Below are positions 54,020-62,904 of a stretch of 64,000 bases of DNA, in pieces (positions within the stretch are counted from its first letter, which is position 1; every line of letters begins with the position of its first letter). The notes under the pieces were generated by a model. That model ran no database searches. It was not told where the DNA came from and saw only the letters and a program-made list of their open reading frames with translations. The stretch is taken from positions 26,655 to 90,654 of the forward strand of contig DASSXV010000087.1 in the NCBI GenBank assembly GCA_035703635.1, read 5' to 3'. The DNA comes from Trueperaceae bacterium (GTDB lineage: Bacteria > Deinococcota > Deinococci > Deinococcales > Trueperaceae). A program made the translations under genes and the position numbers.

Positions 54020-54637
54020 ATGGCTCTGCACATCAGCGGCAAGCTCCTGGCCCTCGGGCTAGTGATCTCTGCCCTCATCACCGCCTTCAGCGCACCACGC
54101 ACGGAACCCGTCGTTCCTGTGGAGCTCGCGGTCGCCCCCTTCGCTGAGGTTCTTACCGTTTCGGTCGTCGCACCAGTCGGCCTCGCGCTTCAAGGGCCTG
54201 ACGCTAACCCTCGCATGACTTTGAGGGCAACGGGCTACAACTCTCACGAGAGCCAGACAGACGCGTCGCCGTTCACTACCTCCACGGGTGCGAGGACGCG
54301 CTTCGGGATCGTGGCGGTAAGCCGCGACCTGCTAGGCGGCAGCCTGCCATACGGTTCGCTCGTGCGCATCCGTGACCTCGGCAACTATCACACTGGTAGG
54401 GGAGCAGGCTCCTTCCAGGCGCTGCTAGACGACCAACTCTTCATAGTGGAGGACACCATGCACGCGCGCAAGACGCTGCAGGTGGACGTCTGGTTCGAGA
54501 GTTACTCGCAAGCGGTCAGTTGGGGCGTACGCAAGGTAGAAGTCGAGCTCATTCGCTACGGTCGTTCAGGCTCCGAGCTCATGCCAGCGGTAGCAACTGA
54601 CTTCCAGACGGTACCAACACTGCTCGCCTCGCGCTAA
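54020..54637 (+). CDS. 3D-domain (MltA-like) exported protein
   Basis: ATGYNS..SQTD..PFTTSTG, VAVSRD, LPYGS and VEDTMH...VDVW motifs; GGAGG RBS. Confidence 0.85.
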   Translation: MALHISGKLLALGLVISALITAFSAPRTEPVVPVELAVAPFAEVLTVSVVAPVGLALQGPDANPRMTLRATGYNSHESQTDASPFTTSTGARTRFGIVAVSRDLLGGSLPYGSLVRIRDLGNYHTGRGAGSFQALLDDQLFIVEDTMHARKTLQVDVWFESYSQAVSWGVRKVEVELIRYGRSGSELMPAVATDFQTVPTLLASR

Positions 54638-54645
54638 CCTCAGGC

Positions 54646-55827
54646 GTGCGAACGCTCGTACCCTACCTAGCCTGGCGTCACGTTCGGCGGCGTGGCCTGC
54701 AGTCTGCCCTCACCGTTTCTGGGGTGGCCGTGGGCGTTGCCGTGCTCATCATCGCGCTGTCGTTGACGAACGGCTTCATAGATGAGCTGATCTCGAGCAC
54801 GCTTCGCGCCACGCCCATGCTCACCCTCCAGAGCTTCATCCCTGGAGACACGTTGCCGGACGACCCTTCCCTGTTGGCGGCGCTCACCGCCGAGCCGGGC
54901 GTGACCGCGGCCGCGCCGTTCCTCTCCGGGCAGGCGCTGATAGCGCGCCGCGCCAGCCAGTCGCTCGGGGTAACGGCAAGGCAAGGGTTCACGCAGGTGA
55001 TCGGGATAGACACCGACCTCGAGACTGCCGTCCTCGACCTTCCGGTCCTAGCCAGCCAAGCGGAGGCGCTCTCTCGGTCGGGAGGGGTGGTGCTCGGCTC
55101 CAGCCTGGCGCAGTCGCTCGGCGTTGCGGTTGGCGACACCGTCATGCTGCGCGACATAACGGGCGCCACCGCGCAGTTCACGGTGGCAGGCACCTTCCGT
55201 GTAGGCAACGAACTCATAGACTCCGTGACCTCGTACATGTCCCTCGCTAACCTGCAGGACTACCTCGGCGTCGATAACGCCATCACCGGCTACCACTTGC
55301 GGCTCGCGAACCCGACTGCAGCGCACTCCGTCGGCCTTGACCTCGCAGGCAAGTACTCGTTGCGCCCCATCAGTTGGGAGAGCCTCTTCGCGAGCCTCAT
55401 CTCGCAACTCCGGCTCCAGAAGGCCGTGATCGGCGTCGTGGTGTTCCTCATCGTCATCGTGGCGGCCTTCGGCATCACCAACGTGCTCGTCCTTACCGTG
55501 TCGGAGAAGACGGAGGACATCGCCATCCTCAGGGCGCTTGGCGCCTCCGAACGCCAGATCCTGGCGACTTTCACACTAGAAGGGTTCATGCTCGGCGGGG
55601 CCGGCACGCTGTTAGGCGCCGTGCTCGGCCTGCTCGTCGCCGCGTACTTCAAGTTCCAACCGTACCCACTGCCTGGCGACCTGTACTTCATCACCCAGCT
55701 GCCCGTGCAACTGCAGGCGTTCGACGTCCTGTGGGTGTGCGCCGTCTCGCTAGCCACCAGCGTCATCGCTGGGTTGCTGCCCGCACGCCGCGCCTCGCGC
55801 CTCGACCCCGTAGCGGTACTGCGCTGA
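54646..55827 (+). CDS. LolC/E-type (FtsX/MacB family) ABC permease
   Basis: GVAVGVAVLIIALSLTNGF, IAILRALGA and LPARRASRLDPVAVLR motifs. Confidence 0.88.
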   Translation: MRTLVPYLAWRHVRRRGLQSALTVSGVAVGVAVLIIALSLTNGFIDELISSTLRATPMLTLQSFIPGDTLPDDPSLLAALTAEPGVTAAAPFLSGQALIARRASQSLGVTARQGFTQVIGIDTDLETAVLDLPVLASQAEALSRSGGVVLGSSLAQSLGVAVGDTVMLRDITGATAQFTVAGTFRVGNELIDSVTSYMSLANLQDYLGVDNAITGYHLRLANPTAAHSVGLDLAGKYSLRPISWESLFASLISQLRLQKAVIGVVVFLIVIVAAFGITNVLVLTVSEKTEDIAILRALGASERQILATFTLEGFMLGGAGTLLGAVLGLLVAAYFKFQPYPLPGDLYFITQLPVQLQAFDVLWVCAVSLATSVIAGLLPARRASRLDPVAVLR

Positions 55828-56354
55828 TGGCTGGCGCCAAGCGCCGCAGGCCGCCTGGGCCACTGAAGCCAGAGCGCGCCTGGGACTACCTGCTGTTTTT
55901 GCTCTCGCGCCGCATGTACACCACCGCGGAACTCGTGGAGAAGCTGAGGCGGCGCGGCGTCGAGGAGCCAGACGCACAGCGCTTGATCGCCCGACTAGCC
56001 GAGCTCCAACTAGTGGACGATGCTACTTACACCACCATGTACATCGGCTCGCGCTCCGCCTCACGTGGGCGGCTCGGGTTGCGGCAGGAGCTGAGACGTA
56101 AAGGCGTCGCTCCTGAACTCGTGGACGAGGGCTTGGCCGAACTGACGCCAGAGGCGCAGCTGTCCTCCGCCACCGCTCTGCTCGAGAAGAACGCTTGGCG
56201 TTACCGCCCGCCTGCTCCAGAATCAGGAGCGAACAGGGAGCTGCTTCTGAAGGCCCGCGCCAAGGCGTTCGCGTTCCTAGCACGCAGGGGCTTCGCGGCG
56301 GACGCCGTCAGTGGCGCCATCGCTGCGGTCGGTTGGTTCGACGATGACGACTGA
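55827..56354 (+). CDS. recX: Regulatory protein RecX
   Basis: LLSRRMYTTAELVEKLRRRG, VDDATY, QELRRKGV and FLARRGF motifs. Confidence 0.88.
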   Translation: MAGAKRRRPPGPLKPERAWDYLLFLLSRRMYTTAELVEKLRRRGVEEPDAQRLIARLAELQLVDDATYTTMYIGSRSASRGRLGLRQELRRKGVAPELVDEGLAELTPEAQLSSATALLEKNAWRYRPPAPESGANRELLLKARAKAFAFLARRGFAADAVSGAIAAVGWFDDDD

Positions 56355-56553
56355 AGGCGACTGGTCACGGCGCATAGTCGGGTTCACTCAAGACGATGAC
56401 GGGCATTGGGTTGCGCTCCTGGAGTGCGGGCACAGGCAACACGTGCGGCACGAACCGCCGCTGGTTACGCGCGAGTGGGTGCTCACCGAGGAAGGGCGTG
56501 CGTCGCGCATCGGCGCGACGCTGCAGTGCGCACATTGCCGTGGGGCCGCTTGA
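56344..56553 (+). CDS. DUF3565-like small Cys/His protein
   Basis: IVGFTQDDDGHWVALLECGHRQHVRHEPP...WV...GR...G..LQCAHC. Confidence 0.8.
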   Translation: MTTEGDWSRRIVGFTQDDDGHWVALLECGHRQHVRHEPPLVTREWVLTEEGRASRIGATLQCAHCRGAA

Positions 56554-56578
56554 CCCGCGCCAAGCGCCTCGGTAGACT
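56550..56578 (+). promoter_or_regulatory. sigma70 promoter of tRNA-Pro
   Basis: TTGACC-17nt-TAGACT. Confidence 0.75.
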
Positions 56579-56590
56579 CACAAGTTGCGT

Positions 56591-56668
<78 letters not shown>

Positions 56669-56669
56669 T

Positions 56670-56706
56670 CGGCGGGACTCCCCTGGAGCCCCGCCGCTAT
56701 TCTTTT
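56670..56706 (+). terminator. Intrinsic terminator after tRNA-Pro
   Basis: CGGCGGG-aCTCC-cct-GGAGc-CCCGCCG stem followed by CTATTCTTTT. Confidence 0.7.
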
Positions 56707-57139
56707 AGCCGTCCAGCACGGCTAACGTGCAGCGCGACACGCACACTAGCCGCCCCTCCTCATCGCGGATCTCGACCGCCCACACGTGCGTGCTGCGGCC
56801 AAGGTGGATGGGCGTGGCGGTCGCCGTTACCGTTCCGCTAGTCACTGCCCGCAAGTGGTTAGCGTTGATCTCGAGCCCCACCGCCCGTTGCCCCTCGTGC
56901 TTCAGCGCCGCCGTTGCACCGATGCTCGCGACCGTTTCCGCTAACGCCACCGAGGCCCCACCGTGCATGATGCCGTGAGGTTGATGGTGCCGTGCAGTGA
57001 CTGGCATGGTCGCCACGACACGCTCGAGGGATACCTCGACGATGTCGATGCCGAGCGTGCGCATGAGTGATTCTGCTTGCGAGAGTAAGGCGCTTGCCAG
57101 CGCGGCGGCGCGGTTGGCCTCATCGTGTGCTGCCGTCAT
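56705..57139 (-). CDS. PaaI/hotdog-fold thioesterase
   Basis: [27 protein letters not shown] and CVSRCT motifs. Confidence 0.9.
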   Translation of the reverse strand: MTAAHDEANRAAALASALLSQAESLMRTLGIDIVEVSLERVVATMPVTARHHQPHGIMHGGASVALAETVASIGATAALKHEGQRAVGLEINANHLRAVTSGTVTATATPIHLGRSTHVWAVEIRDEEGRLVCVSRCTLAVLDG

Positions 57140-57237
57140 GCCGCACCATACGTCACGAGTTGCGAGCGGCGGCTGGCGGCCACGCGGTTGTAGAGTAGAC
57201 GGCGCGCGGCAGGAAAGTCGGAGCCGCGGCCTTACTC

Positions 57238-58167
57238 ATGGAACTCGCGATCGACAATCACCGGAGTTGGAGGTCTCTCCTGGCCGTGATCGTGTTGGGC
57301 GTGGCCTTGGGCGGCGGCCCTACCGCCCTGGCGTGGTTCTCCACCTTCGGACCGACGCCAGTGGCGCGCCTGCCGCTCCTCGCGCTCGTCCTCTTCGGGC
57401 TGCTCTTCGTTGGCGCCGTGACGGACCTGCGGAGCGTGGCCACCAGCCGCACCGGGTCCGCGACCGCTCGCGATGTGCTCGCCTGCGGCCTCGCAGTGGG
57501 CGTTGTGCTGGCGGCGGCGGGCGTCGGGCGTTGGGAGTATCTCCTCGCGCCTGCCAGCCTCGCGGTGGCGCTCGTGCTCCTGGCGGGCGCGTCTCACCGA
57601 GGCGGCTTCGCGCCGCGCGTGAGCCTAGTCGCGGCCGCCACGACTTACGTCGCCGCCACGCTCATGGCGAACTTCACCCTTGACTCGTTCATTCCCCTCG
57701 GCGACTTCTTCCTCCTGAACGTCGGCACGCTGTTCTTCGGCTTGACGTTCACGCAACGCGACCGCGTTCACCGGCATGGCCGCAAGGCCGTTTACAGCAT
57801 GATCGTCGTGGCAGCCTGCGCCAACGTCGCGTTGGCGGCGGCACTCGGCACGCCTTTGCGGTACGTGGCGGTGTCGTTCTTCACGATCCTGGTGGCGGAG
57901 ACCGCAGACACCGAGGTTTATCAGCGCCTCTTGAAGCGCCCGTGGCTAACGCGGGTGGCGGCGTCGAACGCAGTCAGCGCGCCGCTCGACACGGTGATCT
58001 TCACGCTGTTGGCGTTCTGGGGCGAGGAGTTCGCGACCACGGCGTGGCTATCTCAAGTGATCGTCACGGACTTGCTCGTCAAGTACGCCAGCGGCATCGT
58101 GGCCGCCCTCGGCATGATCGCACTCGTGCGCGGCGTCTTCCCTGGGCGCGCCGTCGAGGACGCTTGA
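57238..58167 (+). CDS. VUT family (queuosine precursor transporter, YhhQ-like) with N-terminal membrane extension
   Basis: ATLMAN, GTLFFGLTFTQRD, AETADTEVY and RVAASNAVSAPLDTVIFTLLAF motifs. Confidence 0.8.
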   Translation: MELAIDNHRSWRSLLAVIVLGVALGGGPTALAWFSTFGPTPVARLPLLALVLFGLLFVGAVTDLRSVATSRTGSATARDVLACGLAVGVVLAAAGVGRWEYLLAPASLAVALVLLAGASHRGGFAPRVSLVAAATTYVAATLMANFTLDSFIPLGDFFLLNVGTLFFGLTFTQRDRVHRHGRKAVYSMIVVAACANVALAAALGTPLRYVAVSFFTILVAETADTEVYQRLLKRPWLTRVAASNAVSAPLDTVIFTLLAFWGEEFATTAWLSQVIVTDLLVKYASGIVAALGMIALVRGVFPGRAVEDA

Positions 58168-58237
58168 CGCCACTTGGGGCCGTGCTAGTCTCGCTTCATC
58201 ACCAAGCCGCCTAAGCGCGTTGACCGGAAGGACGAAA

Positions 58238-58693
58238 ATGGCACCAGCTTCCATCGCCGAGCTGCAAGGGCTCGTCGGCACCACTTTCGGGCCATCACCC
58301 TCAGTCTGCATCGACCAGGCGCGCATCAGCGCCTTCGCTGACGCCACCCTCGACCACCAATGGATTCACGTGGACCCCGTCAGGGCCGCCACCGGACCGT
58401 TCGGGAAGACCGTGGCGCACGGCTACCTGACGTTGTCGCTGCTGGTCGACATGATCTCCAACATGGACTTCTTCCCACCCGGGTTGAGTCTCATCGTCAA
58501 CTACGGCATCGACAAGCTGCGCTTTCCTGCGCCTGTTCCCGTCGGCTCGCACGTCCGCGCAACGGCCCTCCTCGCCAAGCTCGAGCCGAAGGGCGAGGGG
58601 CGCTGGCTAACCACCCTGACGTGCCGCGTGGAGGCCGAAGGCGCCACCACGCCCGCGCTCGTCGCCGACGTCCTCTACCTGCTCGTAGCCTGA
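58238..58693 (+). CDS. MaoC family dehydratase
   Basis: FADATLDHQWIHVDP, AHGYLTLSL and NYGIDKLRFPAPV motifs. Confidence 0.9.
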   Translation: MAPASIAELQGLVGTTFGPSPSVCIDQARISAFADATLDHQWIHVDPVRAATGPFGKTVAHGYLTLSLLVDMISNMDFFPPGLSLIVNYGIDKLRFPAPVPVGSHVRATALLAKLEPKGEGRWLTTLTCRVEAEGATTPALVADVLYLLVA

Positions 58694-60033
58694 CCCTCGA
58701 CCGCCGCGGCGATAGCCAACGCGAGCTCCTCTTCGTGCGGGCGCGTGACCAGCATCAGGCCGATCGAGAGGCCGGCGGGCGTGGTCGCGCACGGCACGCT
58801 AACTGCAGGGCTGCCTAGAAAGTTGAAAGGCGCGGTATTGCGCAAGATGAGGTTGTTCTCGCGGTGGTACGCATTGTCGTCCGTGAGGATGCTGGCCGTA
58901 TGCACCGCAACGTGTGGGATCGTTGGCGCAACCAGGGCGTCGACGCCCGTGAGTTCGCTCCAGAAGCGCCGCTGGAAGCTTGCGCGGGCGTAAACGAGCC
59001 TGATGTAATCGCTCGACGGCCTGCCCTTGAAGCGCAGCACGCGCTGCAGCACGCGCGGATCGAACTCATCCGGCTGCGCCTCGAACTCCTCCTGGTAAAG
59101 GGCCCAGACCTCGTGACTAGCGAACGAACCGAAGCGGTCGTAAGCGCCAGGCGCCTCTAGCAAGAGTGGGAGCGGCGCGCGGCGCACCTCGTGACCGAGG
59201 GCCTCGAGCTTAGCCAAGCCAGACTCGAAACCTGCGGCCGTGTCGGCGTCGAGGTCGTCAGTCAGCAGCGTCGTTGGGGCTAAGAACGTGAGCTTGCCGC
59301 GCTGAGCCTCGAGGGCCCGCGGCGGCTCAGCGACCATGGCAAGGTAGAGCGCCCAGGCATCCGCAGCCGTTCTAGCCATCGGTCCCAGGGTGTCCAGGGT
59401 GGTCGACAACGCCATGCAGCCATCGGTCGGCACGCGGCCGTCCGTGACCTTGAGACCCACGACGCCGTTGACGGCGGCTGGAATGCGCACGCTGCCGCCC
59501 GTGTCCGACCCGACCGCCGCTGCCGCCAAACCGGCCGCTACCGCCACGCCGGAACCTGACGAGGAGCCGCCGGGGATGCGGCTCGGGTCAAGCGCGCAGC
59601 CCGGCGTACCGAAGTGCGGGTTGATGCCGATCCCGGAGTATGCGAGCTCTGTCATGTTCGTCTTGCCTAGGAACACGGCGCCGGCCGCGTCTAGGCGGGC
59701 GGCTACGGGCGCGTCGTCCGTCTCGGGAGCCCGCCTCGCCATGACCGTGGAACCGGCGGCCGTGACGTCGCCAGCGGTGCCGACGAGGTCCTTGATGGCG
59801 ATCGGCACCCCTAAGAGCGGGCCGCCGTCAAGGCCGTCTTCGAAGCGCCTCTTGGCGCCACGCGCTTGCCTAAGGGCCCGCTGCGCGGAAACCGTGCGGT
59901 AGATGCGGTTGCCCTCCGGATGCTGCTCTATGGCCGCCAGGTAAGCCTCGGTGACGGTGACTGGGTCGAGTGAGCCATCGCGGTAACGCCGCGCTAGTTC
60001 GCTGAGCGTCAGCGACGTGATGTGCTGGTGCAT
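58675..60033 (-). CDS. Amidase-signature family enzyme
   Basis: GVPIAIKD, GKTNMTE, PGGSSSGS and GSDTGGSVRIPAA motifs. Confidence 0.92.
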   Translation of the reverse strand: MHQHITSLTLSELARRYRDGSLDPVTVTEAYLAAIEQHPEGNRIYRTVSAQRALRQARGAKRRFEDGLDGGPLLGVPIAIKDLVGTAGDVTAAGSTVMARRAPETDDAPVAARLDAAGAVFLGKTNMTELAYSGIGINPHFGTPGCALDPSRIPGGSSSGSGVAVAAGLAAAAVGSDTGGSVRIPAAVNGVVGLKVTDGRVPTDGCMALSTTLDTLGPMARTAADAWALYLAMVAEPPRALEAQRGKLTFLAPTTLLTDDLDADTAAGFESGLAKLEALGHEVRRAPLPLLLEAPGAYDRFGSFASHEVWALYQEEFEAQPDEFDPRVLQRVLRFKGRPSSDYIRLVYARASFQRRFWSELTGVDALVAPTIPHVAVHTASILTDDNAYHRENNLILRNTAPFNFLGSPAVSVPCATTPAGLSIGLMLVTRPHEEELALAIAAAVEGQATSR

Positions 60034-60083
60034 GCGGCAGGATACCGCGAGGCTGACGGCAGCGGCCGCGGTAGGATGCTGCC

Positions 60084-60368
60084 ATGCAGCGCACCCGCGC
60101 CGAACTAGAAGCCATGAGCCAAGAAGACCTCGTCAACCGCGTGCTGGAGTGCCAGGACATGCTGCGCGAGGGCCTCGCCGTACGCGCGTCACTACACGCC
60201 GTGCTGAACACCGTGCTCAACGCCAAGAGCGACGAGGTTGCCCGCTTCGCGGACTCTGTCGACGCCACTCTCGACCCCCAGGAGCTTGAACTAAAGCGTG
60301 CCTGGGCGGCGGCGAGGCACGCGGTGTCTAACCCGCTCGGGGCGGCGCGTAAGCGGCAAGGGTCCTGA
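60084..60368 (+). CDS. Hypothetical small helical protein
   Basis: Coding-like codon usage; TAGGAT -10 box 6 nt before ATG. Confidence 0.7.
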   Translation: MQRTRAELEAMSQEDLVNRVLECQDMLREGLAVRASLHAVLNTVLNAKSDEVARFADSVDATLDPQELELKRAWAAARHAVSNPLGAARKRQGS

Positions 60369-60400
60369 GCTAGCGCCGCCCCGGCGGTGATCAGCGGCCC

Positions 60401-61150
60401 TCAGCCCGCCAGCCAACCGCCGTCGATCGGGTAGTAGGCGCCCGTGATGTACGAGGCGTCATCGCTACAGAGGAACACGATCAGCTTGGCGATCTCGCTC
60501 GGGTCGGCGAAGCGCTTCAGTGGCGTAACGCTCTTGAGCCAGGCCGTGGTTTGTTCATCTTCAAAGATGGCCGAAGTCATGCCCGTCTTCACCACACCCG
60601 GTCCGATCGAGTTGACCCTGACGCCCTGCGGCGCGTATGTGAGCGCCGCCGACTGGGTGAGGCCGCGCACCGCGTGCTTGCTCGTCGAGTAGGACGGGTC
60701 GCCTGCGCTGGCACGCTCGCCCATGGTGCTCGACAGGTTGACGATGGCGCCGCCCCGCTTCAGGAGTTCAGGCGCTGCGTGCTTGATCCCGAGGAACGTG
60801 CCGACGACGTTCACGTCCAACACCCGCCGGAAAGCGTCCAGCGTCACCTCGTGCGGCGGCACGTTGGGCCCCGCAGCCGAGATGCCCGCGTTGTTGACGA
60901 GGTAATCGATGCCGCCAAATTCCGCGACCGTGGCAGCCACCATCGCGGCTACCGACTCCTCGCTGCCGACGTCGACCTTCACGAACTTGCCTCGCCCACC
61001 CGCCGCCTCGATGAGCCGAACGGTTTCGGCGCCGCCCTCCTCAGCGTAGTCCGCCACCATCACGCTAGCGCCGCGCGAGACGAACTCGAGCGCCACCGCC
61101 CGGCCGATACCTGACCCTGAGCCCGTCACCAATGCAACTTTGTCTCTCAT
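60401..61150 (-). CDS. SDR family oxidoreductase
   Basis: TGSGSGIG, NNAG, YSTSK and DGGW motifs. Confidence 0.92.
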   Translation of the reverse strand: MRDKVALVTGSGSGIGRAVALEFVSRGASVMVADYAEEGGAETVRLIEAAGGRGKFVKVDVGSEESVAAMVAATVAEFGGIDYLVNNAGISAAGPNVPPHEVTLDAFRRVLDVNVVGTFLGIKHAAPELLKRGGAIVNLSSTMGERASAGDPSYSTSKHAVRGLTQSAALTYAPQGVRVNSIGPGVVKTGMTSAIFEDEQTTAWLKSVTPLKRFADPSEIAKLIVFLCSDDASYITGAYYPIDGGWLAG

Positions 61151-61262
61151 ACCGTCACACTCCTTGACTCAAGGTTACGTGAGCCGAGCAGGGACTTATT
61201 ACCTGGAGCGCCGCCCAGCGTGCCCCAGGTTGCGCGTCGTGACGCCCGCGCCAGGGAACCGA

Positions 61263-61303
61263 AGAAGCCCGACCCCGCGATCTCTCGTCTGGGTCGGGCT
61301 TCT
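61263..61303 (-). terminator. Intrinsic terminator after tRNA-Asn
   Basis: AGAAGCCCGACC / GGTCGGGCTTCT inverted repeat. Confidence 0.7.
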
Positions 61304-61307
61304 CGTT

Positions 61308-61382
61308 TGGCTCGGCGGGTAGGATTTGAACCTACGACCAATCGGTTAACAGCCGATCGCTCTGCCGCTGAGCTACCGCCGA
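61308..61382 (-). tRNA. tRNA-Asn(GTT)
   Basis: TCGGCGG acceptor stem; anticodon arm ATCGG-CTGTTAA-CCGAT; GGTTCAAATCC; G discriminator + CCA. Confidence 0.97.
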
Positions 61383-61420
61383 ACACGCGCTCCGGTGCCT
61401 GGGCAGGCGAAGCGAAGCGT

Positions 61421-61449
61421 AGTCTACCAGAGGGTGCGGGGGTTGGCAA
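61421..61449 (-). promoter_or_regulatory. sigma70 promoter of tRNA-Asn
   Basis: TTGCCA-17nt-TAGACT on the minus strand. Confidence 0.7.
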
Positions 61450-61502
61450 CAAGCGTCTGGCACGCTTCCGCGCCAGCCTTGGCGGTCGGGTAGCATCCGC
61501 TC

Positions 61503-61841
61503 ATGACCCTCGACGATTACCAGGCAGGCGCCCGCACGACGGCCCTCTATTCGCAGGAAGTCAGCGTCCTCTACCCGGCATTGAAGCTGGCGGGCGAGGC
61601 GGGTGAGGTTGCCGAGAAACTGGGTAAGTACATGCGTGACGAGGGTTACCGGCCGGGTGATGAGCTGAGCGCCGAGCAGCGCGACAAGCTTGTTGCCGAG
61701 TTGGGTGACGTCCTGTGGTACGTGGCGAACCTCGCCGCCGATCTCGGCGTGAGCCTCGGGCACGTGGCCGCGGTGAACTTGGCGAAGCTCCAGAGCCGCA
61801 GGTCCCGAGGAGTGATCTCTGGCAGCGGAGACGAGCGCTAG
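61503..61841 (+). CDS. MazG-like nucleoside triphosphate pyrophosphohydrolase
   Basis: LAGEAGEVAEK, ELGDVLWY and NLAKL.SR..RG.ISGSGDER motifs. Confidence 0.9.
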   Translation: MTLDDYQAGARTTALYSQEVSVLYPALKLAGEAGEVAEKLGKYMRDEGYRPGDELSAEQRDKLVAELGDVLWYVANLAADLGVSLGHVAAVNLAKLQSRRSRGVISGSGDER

Positions 61842-61850
61842 GCGTCAAGT

Positions 61851-62189
61851 TCAGGCGGTGAGGAGGTCGTACAGCACGCGCGCCTGGTTGTGTTCCTCGT
61901 CCTTGGCGCTGTAGACGAGCGTGAGGTCGCCTTGCTTGGCCATGGCGCTCAGGCGCTCGAACTCGGCGTTGCCCTTCAGTTCCTTCTTGTAGCGCTTCTC
62001 GAACTCCGGCCAGCGTTCTGGATCGTGGCCGAACCACTTGCGCAGTTCCGTGCTTGGCGCCACGTCCTTCGCCCACCAATCGACGTTGGCTTCTTCCTTC
62101 GTCACGCCACGCGGCCAGATTCGGTCCACCAGGACGCGCGTGCCGTCGCTGGCTGCCGCGCTTGCGTAGGCCCGCTTCATCTTGATCAT
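61851..62189 (-). CDS. DUF488 (YeaO-like) protein
   Basis: KRAY...DGTRVLVDRIWPRGV, APSTELRKWFGHD and HNQA motifs. Confidence 0.9.
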   Translation of the reverse strand: MIKMKRAYASAAASDGTRVLVDRIWPRGVTKEEANVDWWAKDVAPSTELRKWFGHDPERWPEFEKRYKKELKGNAEFERLSAMAKQGDLTLVYSAKDEEHNQARVLYDLLTA

Positions 62190-62233
62190 GGCGTGAGGAT
62201 AGACCTTGCGCCCGCTGCAACCCTAGTCATGCC

Positions 62234-62791
62234 TCACTTGCTCGTGAGCTTCTCGACCCACGCTGCAAATCTACTCATGGCGTCCGCCAGCAGGGCGTCG
62301 GTCGAGGAGACGGTTACGACCCCGCGCTCGTCTATCAGGTCCCGTGGTTGGAAGGTCAGGTACAGCTCCGGCTGACCCATGGGTAGCGCCTGGAGGTAAG
62401 CGAGCGAGGTGCGGAGGTGGCCCTGCATGACTGCCGTGCCGATGCGTCCGGTGGAGGCGCCGGCTATCAGCGTTGGTTTGCCAGCGAAGGCGTTCTCGGC
62501 GGGCGGCCTCGACGCCCAATCGATGGCGTTCTTGAGGACGCCAGGCATGGAGCGGTTGTACTCGGGTGAGACGATGAGGAGCGCCGCTGCGCCGGCGATG
62601 GCCTCCTTCAGTGCAGCAACGCCCGTGCGTTCGCTTGGCTGCAGGTCCTCGTTGTACAGCGGCAACCCGCCGAGGTCGAGGTGGGTGAAGGTCCAGTCTG
62701 CTGGCGCGTGCCTCTCGAGAGCAAGCGCGAGGCGGCGGTTAAGCGATTCCGCTCGCAGACTGCCGATTAGGACCGCGACGGCCTTTGACAC
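62234..62791 (-). CDS. NADPH-dependent FMN reductase (ChrR/YieF-like)
   Basis: GSLRAESLN and SPEYNRSMPGVLKNAIDWASRP motifs. Confidence 0.9.
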   Translation of the reverse strand: MSKAVAVLIGSLRAESLNRRLALALERHAPADWTFTHLDLGGLPLYNEDLQPSERTGVAALKEAIAGAAALLIVSPEYNRSMPGVLKNAIDWASRPPAENAFAGKPTLIAGASTGRIGTAVMQGHLRTSLAYLQALPMGQPELYLTFQPRDLIDERGVVTVSSTDALLADAMSRFAAWVEKLTSK

Positions 62792-62904
62792 CAGTTACTC
62801 CCTACCTTCGCCTCTCGAGAAAGCGGCGGCACGGGCCATCAACGCCGTGCCGCGAGCTTATTCCTGGATGAGTGCGCAGAAGCGTGCGCGCTGTTACCGC
62901 GGCC

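Noticed and set aside
61503-62189. MazG-like plus DUF488 genes as an anti-phage defence pair
   Set aside because: Convergent standalone genes of common housekeeping subtypes, with no defence context.
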